Origin: Alphaproteobacteria bacterium
GTDB lineage: Bacteria > Pseudomonadota > Alphaproteobacteria > SP197
Direction of reading: 5' to 3'
Assembly (NCBI GenBank): GCA_964291415.2
Contig: OZ219917.1
Location: forward strand, 1,088,001-1,152,000
DNA: 64,000 nt
Below, piece by piece: positions 38,712-48,384 of the stretch (positions within the stretch are counted from its first letter, which is position 1; each line of letters begins with the position of its first letter). The notes beneath the pieces were generated by a model. It had not been told where the DNA came from and ran no database searches. It worked only from the letters and a program-made list of their open reading frames with translations. The position numbers were made by a program, and so were the translations under genes.

Positions 38712-40087
38712 GGACGTTCCAGATCCCGCAATCCCGCGCGGAACGTGTCCTTGTCGTCGAGGCAGCGCAGGTCAAGGAAGAGGGTGCGGCCCCTGATGGA
38801 TCCGATGACGGGACGCGGCAGTCGGCGCAGGGCGGCCGCAAGCTCACGCAGGTTCCGATCCGAACTGCGCCTGGAGACTGCCGGACGGATGGCCAAGCCG
38901 GCACTGGCGAGGGTGGTGACAGGCTGTGCCCCGCTGCCGATCTGGCTTTCCAGGGGAACCACCTCGGTCGTGAAGTCGGGCGCCAGGGCACTGGCGAGAT
39001 CACTCTCGAGGTCCCTCGCATCGCGCGCGATGTCCGCAGCGGATCGTGTCAGCAGGCTCAAGCCCGGAAGCGTCCGGTGCAGGCTGTCGGGATCCTCGTA
39101 GAGAGCCAGCGTCGCATCGAGTGCCGCCAGCGTCATCTTGTCGGGACGCATCGCCCGCATCATCGGGTTGGCCGCCATGCGGCGGACAAGATCGGCGCGC
39201 CCGACAACGATGCCGGCCTGGGGGCCTCCCAGTAGCTTGTCACCGCTGAATGTCACGAGATCCGCCCCATGTGCCACGACCTCGGCCACCACCGGCTCCC
39301 TCGGCAGACCCCAGCGGCTGAAGTCGACCAGCGCTCCACTGCCCAGGTCGACGGCGAAGGGCACGCCATGGGCCCTGGCGAGGCGCGCGAGCTCGGTTTC
39401 CTCCACTGCCGATGTGAACCCCTTGATGACGTAGTTGCTCGTGTGGACCTTGAGCAACAGGCCGGTCCCCGGGCCGAGCGCTTCCTCGTAGTCGGCAAGG
39501 TGCGTTCGGTTCGTGGCCCCCACCTCGACCAGCCGGGCGCCGGCCCTTGCCATGATGGCCGGCATGCGAAAGGCGCCGCCGATCTCCACCAGCTCGCCCC
39601 GGGAGACGGGAACCTGGCGCCTCAGGGCCAGGGTGTTGAGAAGCAGCATGACGGCGGCTGCATTATTGTTCACGACAAGGGCGCTCTCGGCCCCAGTCAG
39701 GCGTTGAAGACGGAGTCCGACGTCGCCTCCACGGTTTCCCCGGCGGCCGCTTGCGAGATCGTATTCCAGCGCTGAAGCGCCCGAAGCGACACGCATCATC
39801 GCTTCGATGGCCGGGGCCGCCAGAGGTGCGCGTCCGAGATTGGTGTGAAGGACCGTGCCGGTGAGATTGAAGACCCGGCGCGGACCCGATTCCATGCGTG
39901 ACCGGCAGAAGGCCTCGACGAGGGCAGGGCCTTTGCCGGTCGACCAGTCGAGGTCGGCATGGCGGCGGACGATGTCGCGCACGGCGTCCTTCACCAGGCG
40001 CCGCCCGAAGGCATCCTGAACGCCGGCCATGGCCGGCATTCCCAGTATCGTGTCCACACTCGGCGGGCGTCGGGCGGCATCCACCAT
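38708..40087 (-). CDS. selA: L-seryl-tRNA(Sec) selenium transferase
   Basis: VFNLTGTVLHTNLGRA, VNNNAAA, SRGELVEIGGAFR, KVHTSNY, DLGSG, FSGDKLLGGPQAG (PLP Lys); ATG 40087 after GGAGGAG. Confidence 0.96.
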   Translation of the reverse strand: MVDAARRPPSVDTILGMPAMAGVQDAFGRRLVKDAVRDIVRRHADLDWSTGKGPALVEAFCRSRMESGPRRVFNLTGTVLHTNLGRAPLAAPAIEAMMRVASGASALEYDLASGRRGNRGGDVGLRLQRLTGAESALVVNNNAAAVMLLLNTLALRRQVPVSRGELVEIGGAFRMPAIMARAGARLVEVGATNRTHLADYEEALGPGTGLLLKVHTSNYVIKGFTSAVEETELARLARAHGVPFAVDLGSGALVDFSRWGLPREPVVAEVVAHGADLVTFSGDKLLGGPQAGIVVGRADLVRRMAANPMMRAMRPDKMTLAALDATLALYEDPDSLHRTLPGLSLLTRSAADIARDARDLESDLASALAPDFTTEVVPLESQIGSGAQPVTTLASAGLAIRPAVSRRSSDRNLRELAAALRRLPRPVIGSIRGRTLFLDLRCLDDKDTFRAGLRDLERP

Positions 40088-40162
40088 CGCCGCTCTCCTC
40101 CGGGGGTTGAACGGCGTCATGCTAACTGGTTTGACCCGACGATGCAGGGTACGTTCGCCGCC

Positions 40163-42259
40163 ATGACGGAACACCGCCTGCGCCCCCTTCTCGAACCGCG
40201 CTCCATCGCCCTGGTGGGCGCCTCGGCGCGTCCTGATTCGTTCGGCTATGCCACGTTGCGCAACCTCGCCAGCCCGCACTACAGGGGCAGGATTCATGCG
40301 GTCAATCCGCGCTACGACAGGATTGACGACATCGACTGCTATCCCTCGCTCGGCGATGTTCCGGGAGGTGTCGAGCATGCCGTTCTCTCGGTCGCGAACG
40401 CCCGCATCGAGGCGGCCCTCGTCGATGCGGTCGAGGCAGGCGTCCGTTCCGTAACCATCTTCGGCAGCGCCTATCTCGAGGGAGACACGGCCGGATCGAA
40501 TCTCAAGGATCGCCTGCAGGGGATCGCGAAAGAGGCGGGACTTCTCGTCATCGGCGCCAACTGCATGGGATACGTGAACTACTCGATCGGAGCCCGGGTC
40601 ACGTGGATGAACGTGCCGGAAGACGGCTGGTTCGATCCGGGTCACATCACCCTCATCAGCCATTCGGGCACCTGCTTTCTCACACTGCAGTTCGTCGATC
40701 CGAGACATCGCCACAACCTGTGTATCTCGGCGGGTCAGGAACTTACGGTGACAGCGGCCGATTACATCGATTACGCGCTCGACAAGGAGAGTACGCGGGT
40801 CATCGCGCTCTTCCTCGAGACGGTGCGCGATCCCGACTCCTTCCGGGCGGCCCTCGACAGGGCGGCCAGGGCGGACGTTCCGGTGGTGGCGATCAAGGTG
40901 GGCCGGACCGACCGCAGCGCCGAACTGGCGCGCAGTCATTCCGGGGCGCTCGCCGGAAACGATGCCGCCTACGAAGCGGTCTTCGACCACTACGGCGTGC
41001 TGCGGGTCGATACCTGGAATGAACTCGCCGCCGCCAGCCGCCTCTTCGCGCACCACAAGGAGATCGCTCCGGGGGGCCTCTCAGGCATCATGGATTCGGG
41101 CGGCGCCCGCGGCATGCTGCTCGATCTTGCCGCAAGGATGGACGTTCCCTTCGCCGAAATCGGCGACGACACGGTGAAGACGCTCTCCGGCCTCCTGGAG
41201 TACGGCCTTGAACCGGTGAATCCGACAGACGTATGGGGCTCGGGCCGGGACTGGCAGGATGTCTACACGGGCTCCATGACGGCGCTCGCCGATGACCCGG
41301 CGTCGGCCATGACGGGAATCTTCGCGGACCTCGGGGGCCTTGAAACCGGCGGTTCCATCTACCTCGAACTCTGCGAGAAGATCGAGCGGGAGACGGCGAA
41401 GCCTGTCTTCTTCTGCCAGCACTGGAGCCGGGCCATGGATCCGGAGATGACGAGGAGGACGGCGGCGAGCCCGGTTCTCGTCATCGACGGCACCGAGACC
41501 TTCCTCGCCGCGGTCCGCCTTGCCATGCAGAGGAGGGACCGGGTGGATGATTCTCCTGGCGACATGGCGCCCCTCCCCGGCGAGCCGGTGATCGAGCGCT
41601 GGCGCCGACGCCTTGCCGGGGCCGAGGCGCTCGATGAAAACGAGGGTCTCGCTCTCCTCGAAAGCTTCGGCATCGACGCGCCGGCGAGGCGGATGGTGGC
41701 ATCGGCTGACGGGTGCGCCGCCGCGGCGGCCGAGATCGGCTGGCCCGTGGTTCTCAAGACGGCCACCGCTGGCGTGCTGCACAAGACCGATGTCTCCGGC
41801 GTCATCCTCGCAATCGACAACGAAGACGATGCCGTCCGGGGTTGGCATGACCTCGCGGGAAGGCTGGGACCGCGGGTGCTGATGGAGGCGATGGCTCCCC
41901 GCGGCGTGGAAATGGCGGCGGGCATCGTCATCGACAACCAGTTCGGGCCCCTGGTCATGATTGCCGCGGGAGGGATCCTGATCGAGACGCACGCGGACCG
42001 CAGGTTCCTTCTTCCTCCCGCAGGGCGGGCGAGCGCGCGCCGCGCCATCGATCAGCTCGCCTGCCGGCCACTCCTCGATGGCACAAGAGGCGGCGAGGCC
42101 GCGGACGTGGACGCCCTCATCGACGCCGTCGCCCGGCTCTCCGTCATCGCCACCACCCTGGGAGACTGCCTTGGCGAACTCGACATCAATCCCCTCATCG
42201 TCCACCCACAGGGTTGCCAGGCGGTCGACGCCCTCGTCATCCCGCGCACCCGTCCCTGA
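40163..42259 (+). CDS. acetate/acyl-CoA ligase (NDP-forming) family protein
   Basis: PRSIALVGAS CoA-binding domain, IGANCMG, SHSGALAG (phospho-His), ATP-grasp WPVVLK...HKTDVSGV, FGPLVM, ELDINPL. Confidence 0.9.
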   Translation: MTEHRLRPLLEPRSIALVGASARPDSFGYATLRNLASPHYRGRIHAVNPRYDRIDDIDCYPSLGDVPGGVEHAVLSVANARIEAALVDAVEAGVRSVTIFGSAYLEGDTAGSNLKDRLQGIAKEAGLLVIGANCMGYVNYSIGARVTWMNVPEDGWFDPGHITLISHSGTCFLTLQFVDPRHRHNLCISAGQELTVTAADYIDYALDKESTRVIALFLETVRDPDSFRAALDRAARADVPVVAIKVGRTDRSAELARSHSGALAGNDAAYEAVFDHYGVLRVDTWNELAAASRLFAHHKEIAPGGLSGIMDSGGARGMLLDLAARMDVPFAEIGDDTVKTLSGLLEYGLEPVNPTDVWGSGRDWQDVYTGSMTALADDPASAMTGIFADLGGLETGGSIYLELCEKIERETAKPVFFCQHWSRAMDPEMTRRTAASPVLVIDGTETFLAAVRLAMQRRDRVDDSPGDMAPLPGEPVIERWRRRLAGAEALDENEGLALLESFGIDAPARRMVASADGCAAAAAEIGWPVVLKTATAGVLHKTDVSGVILAIDNEDDAVRGWHDLAGRLGPRVLMEAMAPRGVEMAAGIVIDNQFGPLVMIAAGGILIETHADRRFLLPPAGRASARRAIDQLACRPLLDGTRGGEAADVDALIDAVARLSVIATTLGDCLGELDINPLIVHPQGCQAVDALVIPRTRP

Positions 42260-42380
42260 TCATCGGAACCATTGGGTAGGGCTGGCATCAGACGGGAGAG
42301 ACCATGCAGAGCGCTGCGGTTTGCGCAATCGATCACAGACGACGGCAGTCGCCCCGGACACCAGGCAAGAATGACATCTC

Positions 42381-42409
42381 GACATCATCATTGAGACCAT
42401 CATGATGTC
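42381..42409. promoter_or_regulatory. inverted repeat, probable antitoxin operator
   Basis: GACATCAT-n13-ATGATGTC just upstream of the antitoxin ATG. Confidence 0.55.
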
Positions 42410-42413
42410 ATCC

Positions 42414-42674
42414 ATGCGAACCACACTGACCGTTGACCCGGATGTCGAGCAGCTCCTGCAACAGGAGATGCGGCGCACGAACAAGAGCATGAATGCTGTC
42501 GTGAACGATGCGTTGCGCATCGGTCTCGGGATGCGGAGCACATCGCCCCGGGTGCCTCCATTCGAGGTGGAGTCCCATGCCTTCGGCTTCAAGCCCGGAT
42601 ACGATTCCGACCGGCTCAATCAGCTGGTTGACGAGATGGAGGCGAACGAGTTCGCGCGAAAGCCGGTTCGATGA
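42414..42674 (+). CDS. VapB/CopG-like ribbon-helix-helix antitoxin
   Basis: MRTTLTVDPDV...VVNDALRIGL...DRLNQLVDEME; ATGA overlap with a PIN-toxin start. Confidence 0.85.
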   Translation: MRTTLTVDPDVEQLLQQEMRRTNKSMNAVVNDALRIGLGMRSTSPRVPPFEVESHAFGFKPGYDSDRLNQLVDEMEANEFARKPVR

Positions 42675-42870
42675 TCGTTCGCGACGTCACTCTTCTGATG
42701 CATGTCTTCAACTTGTGGTCCCACCAGCACGAAGCGTGGAGAACGCGATAGGAACACTTGGTGATTCGGCGTCGGCACCGTCGACCTTCCCTGAATCGTG
42801 ATCCTGGGGTTCATCCGCTTCTCAACCCATCCCGGGGCACTCGTCAGGCCGCTGCCTGCTCCCGTGTTTC
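42671..42870 (+). pseudogene. VapC PIN-domain toxin pseudogene
   Basis: MIVRDVTLLMHVFN..S.QHEAWRTR* then, after a frameshift, VDLP*IVILGFIRFSTHPR. Recognisable VapC N-terminus with two stops at typical Trp positions; C-terminal half not found. Confidence 0.8.
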
Positions 42871-43040
42871 CGGCCCCCGGTTTCCGCCGGACTTCGACCA
42901 GGTGCTACCGCGGTCTGCCGACACGGATCCCCCTGCGCCGCAGGAAGATGGATTGACCGGGATCGGATGCGTTTGCCAGCGCCGGGCGTTGAGACTACTG
43001 TCGACCGTGAACCCGTCGAGGGCGGCACGGGACTCAAACG

Positions 43041-43266
43041 ATGGCCGAGAACGTCACCAACGAACTGATCCTCGAACATCTCAAGGCTATCCAGTCAAGG
43101 CTTTCGACAATCGAAGGCCGTCTGCAGAGTCTTGAGACCGACATGCGCAGCCTGAAGGGTCACATGGTCAGCTTCCTGCAGGCCTGAGGTTGCTCAGGAC
43201 GGCTCGATTGCCGCCATCCATGCACGTCTGGAACGTATCGAGCGCCGCCTCGATCTCTCGGATTGA
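43041..43266 (+). pseudogene. small coiled-coil hypothetical protein with a 1-nt frameshift
   Basis: MAENVTNELILEHLKAIQSRL...SFLQA, TGA at 43185, and a +1 frame continuing EVAQDGSIAAIHARLERIERRLDLSD*. Confidence 0.65.
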
Positions 43267-43382
43267 GGAACCAGTCCCGCGTCTTTTCTGTCACGGTGTT
43301 GGTGGGACATCGAGAAGAAAGCGGCGTGTGCTGGCACAAGACCAGTCCGCCTGTCCGAAGAGAATGGCGGCTCGAACCGGAA

Positions 43383-43472
43383 GACCGGACCATATGGATC
43401 CAGGATAGCCTTCATGATCTGAGGGATCTCAATGACTCGTCCGTCGATCTGATCTATCCGGGCCCGCCACTG
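43383..43472 (+). pseudogene. remnant of a DNA methyltransferase N-terminus
   Basis: DRTIWIQDSLHDLRDLNDSSVDLIYPGPP resembles the RTIWxGDNLxxLRxxNSxSVDLIYLDPPF start of N4/N6 methyltransferases, with DPPF degraded. Confidence 0.6.
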
Positions 43473-43732
43473 ACCCCAAAGCCAGTTATGCGTGTCCGGC
43501 AGGCTCACAGGCGGTTGGCGCAGCCATCCGTGCCTGCAACTCGCGGTTCTCAGCTGCAGCCCTCGCAAGCGAGCGTCTCGGGAAGGATTGACCCGAAGAT
43601 CGCAACCAACCCATACCCGGCACCGGGCTACGCCTTGACCTCGAGCAATGCTCTGACAGCCGTTTCAGGGCTTCCATTCCTGTTGTCGAGGCACGTTGCA
43701 TTGCGAGATCTACTGGTGGTTGCGAAAGGGCG

Positions 43733-44641
43733 TCATGGCCGGAACGTCGGATGTCCGGGATGTCCGACACGCAGGCGCAGGAAGGTCGTTTCCGCGGTGA
43801 CGAAGAGATCGCGCATGTCGTCGCCCCCAAAGCAGAAATTGGCCGGAAACCGGGGAGTCAGGATGACGCCGAGCAGGGTGGCGTTGGCGTCGAAGACATG
43901 AATTCCGCCCGGCCCGCCGCACCAGACATTGCCCATGGCATCGACCTTCATGCCGTCCGGTGAGCCGCTTCCAAGCGTGCCGTCGTCGTCCCGCGTCTCG
44001 GCGAAGACCATGCCGCCGGAGGCGCTGCCCTCGGCGTCGATCTCGTAGACCCTGATGTGCTGGCGTTCGCTGTCGTTGACGTAGAGGCGCGACCTGTCGG
44101 GTGAGAAGCACAAGCCGTTCGGTCCATCGTAGTCTTCGTCGACGAGGTGAAGATCGCCCGAGGGGTCGATCCGGAAGACGCCGCGGAAAGGCAGGTCCGG
44201 CTCGCGCACAACGCCAGTGCCGCTCTCCCGGCCGTAGAGGGGATCGGTGAACCAGATGCCGCCGTGATCGTCGACGACGATGTCATTGGGGCTGTTCAGT
44301 TCGCGGCCCTGCCAGCTGTCCGCCAGCAAGGTCGACTCGCCGTTGTGCTCGAGCCGGCAAACTCGGCTGGAGGCGTGTTCGCACATCAGCAGCCGGCCAC
44401 GGGTGTCGTAGCAGGTGCCGTTGGTCATGTTGCTGGGTTCGCGCAGGACTTCGACCGTACCGGACGAGGCGTGCCAGCGGTGAATGCGGTTCGACGGAAT
44501 GTCGGTGAACGTCACATGACGTTCCGCCGGATGCCATGACGGTCCTTCGGTGAACCTGAACCCCTCGGCCAGCGTTTCGAAGCCGGCGTTCTCGACGACG
44601 AGATCCCGAAAACGGTCATGGACAGTGCGATAGATAGACAT
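43733..44641 (-). CDS. SMP-30/gluconolactonase/LRE family protein
   Basis: FTEGPSW, TNG, LNSPNDIV, PNGLCFSPD, PDGMKVD, PANFCFGG. Confidence 0.92.
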   Translation of the reverse strand: MSIYRTVHDRFRDLVVENAGFETLAEGFRFTEGPSWHPAERHVTFTDIPSNRIHRWHASSGTVEVLREPSNMTNGTCYDTRGRLLMCEHASSRVCRLEHNGESTLLADSWQGRELNSPNDIVVDDHGGIWFTDPLYGRESGTGVVREPDLPFRGVFRIDPSGDLHLVDEDYDGPNGLCFSPDRSRLYVNDSERQHIRVYEIDAEGSASGGMVFAETRDDDGTLGSGSPDGMKVDAMGNVWCGGPGGIHVFDANATLLGVILTPRFPANFCFGGDDMRDLFVTAETTFLRLRVGHPGHPTFRP

Positions 44642-45106
44642 GACCTACTCCCGCCTCACACCGCCACCCGACCGGCTTGCCGGCGCCGAACAGCCAGCTG
44701 ACGGTCGTGGCCGGCGTCCCGACACCTTCCACGAAGGCTCTGTGCCAGGATTCGAAGTAGCCCGTGAACCCGGTTCCGGAGCCATCGTCGTCGGCATGAT
44801 CGTCACCCCTTCCTGTTTGCGCGTGCCAGTGCGACGAGGCTTACCATCACGCCCGAATTTGCGCCAGACACGTCAGAACGCGCCAACACGTTGAGGTTGC
44901 GGTTCGCGGTCGCGGATGGGTCGCGATGTACCGCTCACGCGTCGCGCGCTTGCCCTCGAGCGGCACTCCCGGTTCGAGGGCGCCATGCGGGCCGGCGAAC
45001 GCCTCGTTCGAGAGTTCGAACTCGCAGAGGTGCCCGCACGACGGCTCGTCGAGGCAATGGAACAGGAACCCGGCATACTGGTACTCATGGTGGACGCACA
45101 TACCGG

Positions 45107-45487
45107 AATCTCCGGCGCGTCGGCGAGCAGTTCGACCACCATGAGCGCGCCGCTTTCGGTGCGAGTCTGCCACCGCCATGAGAGCCTTTGGCCTCTTTCG
45201 TTCGTCGACCGCTCGAACCCCATCGCTCGCAGGTTCTCCTCAAGCGTGCGATAGCCCGCGGTATCGGCCAGGATCTGCAGGTCGATGACAACATCCACGT
45301 CGAGCGTGCCGGCGTGCGCCGGCACATCCGGCGGCCTAGCCGCCACCAGGTATCGGGGAGTCAGTCCACCCACCAGAAACAACGACTCCTTCCACGCGCC
45401 CAGTCCGCGCAGCAGGGTTACGAGGACGCGTTCGCACTCGAGGGTGTATTGATCGCTGTAACCATCGAACGTCGCGGGCTTCACCAT
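45107..45487 (-). pseudogene. truncated nucleotidyltransferase partner (toxin) of the AbiEi antitoxin
   Basis: LFLVGGLTP...HAGTLDVDVV nucleotidyltransferase motif; coherent until ...LLADAPEI (45107), then joined out of frame to an unrelated fragment; stop/start overlap with the antitoxin. Confidence 0.7.
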
Positions 45488-46587
45488 CAGAAACCGATCC
45501 TCTCCTGCCGCAAGTGCTTGGCCATTTCCCTGGCGCGGCCCTCGCTGCGCATCAGGTCGAGATAAACCTGCACGGCGCCTGCCAGCCAGATCCCGTTCAC
45601 GGACTCGCGAAACAGCAACTCACCCGGCGACCTGACCTCGATGACCGCCAGGTTCGCGCCTTGGTCAACGACCCGGGCATCCAGTGCGCCGAGAGCCCGG
45701 TCTGCTCCCGGTCCGTCCAGCAGCCGACAACGCACTTGGGAGATAGTCGACAGGAATGGCGCGTACCGTTGCCCTGCCGCCTCGTGAGTGATCGCGTACT
45801 CCGCCCTGCTCTCGGCGCAGACCTCGGCGAACTTCTCCACCAGCCCTTCCGCGCGCGCCGACGGCACGAAGTAACGCCGCATGGACAATGGCCGCATCAC
45901 CGCCTGCTGGTTCACCCATGCATCCAGCAAGGCGCCCGGCTCTTGCAGATGGCGTTCCTTTCCCGGCCCCTGTCCACGCGACACCACCCAATCGAGTTTT
46001 TCCAGCTCCGTCAGCACCTGCGAGGCGGTCGCGGGCGATACCCGGGCCTGGTTGGCGATGTCCTTCACTCCGAACCACTCGCGATGTCGCAGCAGGACCG
46101 CGTGCAACACTTGTGCACGACGGCCGGAAAACACGGAACGGATGGACCGCGACAGGCTTTTCGGAGGCGGCTTGTCCACATACACGTAGATGTTGACGGC
46201 TGGAAGAAACAGGCTGCCGCCACTGTCGTAGTAGCCAACCCGCTCGTTCCTCAGTAGTTCCTTGGCTCCAGGTGAAATCGATTGGGCAATCAAGACGATC
46301 ACTGCCAGCCGCCCTTCTGCTGGCTCAAGCCATCCACGTGCAGGTTCCCGGAACGTCCATAGCACCTGCCGCACGTCACGGGGATATACCTCCTTCTTCA
46401 CCTGTATCAGCAAGGTGGCCGCCTTCCCGTCCGTTCGGAGGTCAACCTGTGCGTCATGTCCTCGATCGGGGCCATCCGGTTGTTCGATCCCACTGAGCTC
46501 CGCCTGCACCCCGGGCAGCTCCTGCAGGGCCTCCAGGAACCCTTCAAGCAACCGTCCCTCCACTGCGTCCGAGTCGAGCATCACCAT
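45487..46587 (-). CDS. type IV toxin-antitoxin AbiEi-family antitoxin (HTH-containing)
   Basis: YYDSGGSL, HTH (VKDIANQARVSPATASQVL), PGALLDAW, YAITHEAA, GANLAVI, VQVYLDLM...GRAREMA. Confidence 0.82.
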   Translation of the reverse strand: MVMLDSDAVEGRLLEGFLEALQELPGVQAELSGIEQPDGPDRGHDAQVDLRTDGKAATLLIQVKKEVYPRDVRQVLWTFREPARGWLEPAEGRLAVIVLIAQSISPGAKELLRNERVGYYDSGGSLFLPAVNIYVYVDKPPPKSLSRSIRSVFSGRRAQVLHAVLLRHREWFGVKDIANQARVSPATASQVLTELEKLDWVVSRGQGPGKERHLQEPGALLDAWVNQQAVMRPLSMRRYFVPSARAEGLVEKFAEVCAESRAEYAITHEAAGQRYAPFLSTISQVRCRLLDGPGADRALGALDARVVDQGANLAVIEVRSPGELLFRESVNGIWLAGAVQVYLDLMRSEGRAREMAKHLRQERIGF

Positions 46588-46596
46588 TCTTTCTTA

Positions 46597-46671
46597 ATTT
46601 GCTGTACAGCAAATATACGCATTCTAGATGATCTTCAAGAAAATGGGAATATTCGCTGCGTAGCGAATATT
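46597..46671. promoter_or_regulatory. two related 18-bp palindromes upstream of the AbiEi antitoxin
   Basis: ATTTGCTGTACAGCAAAT (46597-46614) and ATTCGCTGCGTAGCGAAT (46651-46668; arms extend to 46648-46671), consensus ATTYGCT-n4-AGCRAAT. Confidence 0.7.
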
Positions 46672-47451
46672 GCAGATGAGCATGCCAAGGTCCCGTGGCT
46701 CGCTGGCCGGCGAAGGGTAGCCGAGGTGCCTCATACCGCCCGCCTTCGCAATCGCGATCCGAAGTGCCGGAGCGGTCCCGACCCGTTGCGAACGCCGTGC
46801 GATCCCAAGCCTGTTTCCGGGACGACAGGCAGTTCAATGCTCCACACCCGCCGACAGCATGGTTTCGCTACTCCCGTTGGGTTCCTGTTTGGTTTGATAG
46901 GAGTCCGTGGCTTCTTTCACATTGAGTGTGTGGTGGATTGGCCGGGATGGTGGACGGGCCGCGGGAAGGGACGCCGTTGCAGCGCTGGCCCGGGCCCGTA
47001 GCGTTGGTCGTTCCGCAAGGAGGAGGCCCGCGCGGAGATTGTGTCCTCGGCGGGCCTGTGGCCGGTATGCAGCCTCGTTACGCAACGGGGCTACCGACGA
47101 AGAGTGCGTTGGGGCCGAGCGGGAGGCCTTGGATGCGTGGAAAGTACAGAGATGGAGCAACGTGAGAACGCTCCGGGCGGACGAGCTCGAAATCATGTCT
47201 GAGCACCAATCCAGCACGATTTGGAACGTCGCGTACTTCTGGAGCTTGAATGTCCGTCTGTGACAATTGAACGGCGATACCTGGTGTTTGCAGACTTCGC
47301 GGTCGGTTCGCACGAGATCGACCTGGCGGGCCTTGTGCTGGCAGTCGAGGCCAAGTCGGGAACCGGTGCCGGGGGCGGGTCATGGGCTACCTTTGACACG
47401 TCTGCGGCAGGACGTACAGGATGGGAATGGTGCTTGACGGGAGAGTCCTTC

Positions 47452-48384
47452 GTGAGCGGTTTTCCCTATTCCCGCGTGGCGGTCACGGGCGGCAGCGGCC
47501 GCCTTGGTCGCTACGTGGTGAGGCATCTCGCACCGGTCTGCGACGTCGCCGTCATCGACATCGAAGCCGGTGACGGCGAGGCGTGCTTGTGTGACGTGCG
47601 CGACATCGATGCTGTGCGGGGAGCGTTGCGGGGGTGCCAGGCGGTGGTTCACCTTGCGGCTCTCGATGATGGCGTCGTCGAGGAGGAAGAAGCTTACGTG
47701 GACGTCAACCTGCGCGGCACGTGGAACGTTCTGCAGGCATCCGAAGAACTTGGCATCTCGCGCGTGGTCCTGGCCTCGAGCGTGGCCGCCCTGGGAATTG
47801 GCGCCGACAATCCGCCTGGCGTGCTGCCGTTGCCGGTAGACACCGAACTCCTGCCCCGCCAGGCCTACGGCATGACGAAGAAGGTGGCGGAGGAATTCGC
47901 CCGGGCCTTCGTTGGCCGCGGACACCTCGAGGTCCTCGCGCTGAGACCGAGCCTTGTTGCCCAGCCCGACATCACGTGGTCCATGGCGCAGACGGCCAGC
48001 GAGGCCGATGGCACCGAGCCGCCGCCCGCCGCCAGCGGAGCAGGATGGCGGATCCTGCGCGAACCGCTGGCCATCACCAGGGCCTTCGTGTCACCCGACG
48101 ATGCGGCCCGGGCCTTCCGCGCGGCCCTTGAAGTGCGCGGCATCCGGAGCGGCAGCTTCTATGTCACAGGCCCGGATACCTGCTCGGCCCTGAAGACCGC
48201 CGACGCCATCGAGCGGACATGCGGTCGCCGGCCGGCGATCGGTGATGCGGATCTCTACCGGCGCCATCCGCGCGCCAGCGCCTTCGACCTGCGGCCGTCT
48301 AGGGAGGTCCTGGGGTGGCAGCCCGAGGATTGCTGGGCCGATCATCTGGCCCGTGTCATTGCTTCCGCCGGAACGTCCTCATGA
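47452..48384 (+). CDS. NAD-dependent epimerase/dehydratase (uronate-dehydrogenase-like SDR)
   Basis: VAVTGGSGRLG, VVHLAA, VNLRGT, LASS, YGMTK; GTG start after GGGAGAG. Confidence 0.87.
   Translation: MSGFPYSRVAVTGGSGRLGRYVVRHLAPVCDVAVIDIEAGDGEACLCDVRDIDAVRGALRGCQAVVHLAALDDGVVEEEEAYVDVNLRGTWNVLQASEELGISRVVLASSVAALGIGADNPPGVLPLPVDTELLPRQAYGMTKKVAEEFARAFVGRGHLEVLALRPSLVAQPDITWSMAQTASEADGTEPPPAASGAGWRILREPLAITRAFVSPDDAARAFRAALEVRGIRSGSFYVTGPDTCSALKTADAIERTCGRRPAIGDADLYRRHPRASAFDLRPSREVLGWQPEDCWADHLARVIASAGTSS

Noticed and set aside
40088-41056. 782-aa ORF implying a SelA N-terminal fusion
   Set aside because: The extension is the antisense shadow of the acyl-CoA ligase; SelA starts at 40087 after GGAGGAG.
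43185-43187. In-frame TGA near selAB as possible selenocysteine codon
   Set aside because: The protein-like continuation is in the +1 frame, the context is not a Cys/redox motif, and no SECIS-like hairpin was evident; better explained as a frameshift.
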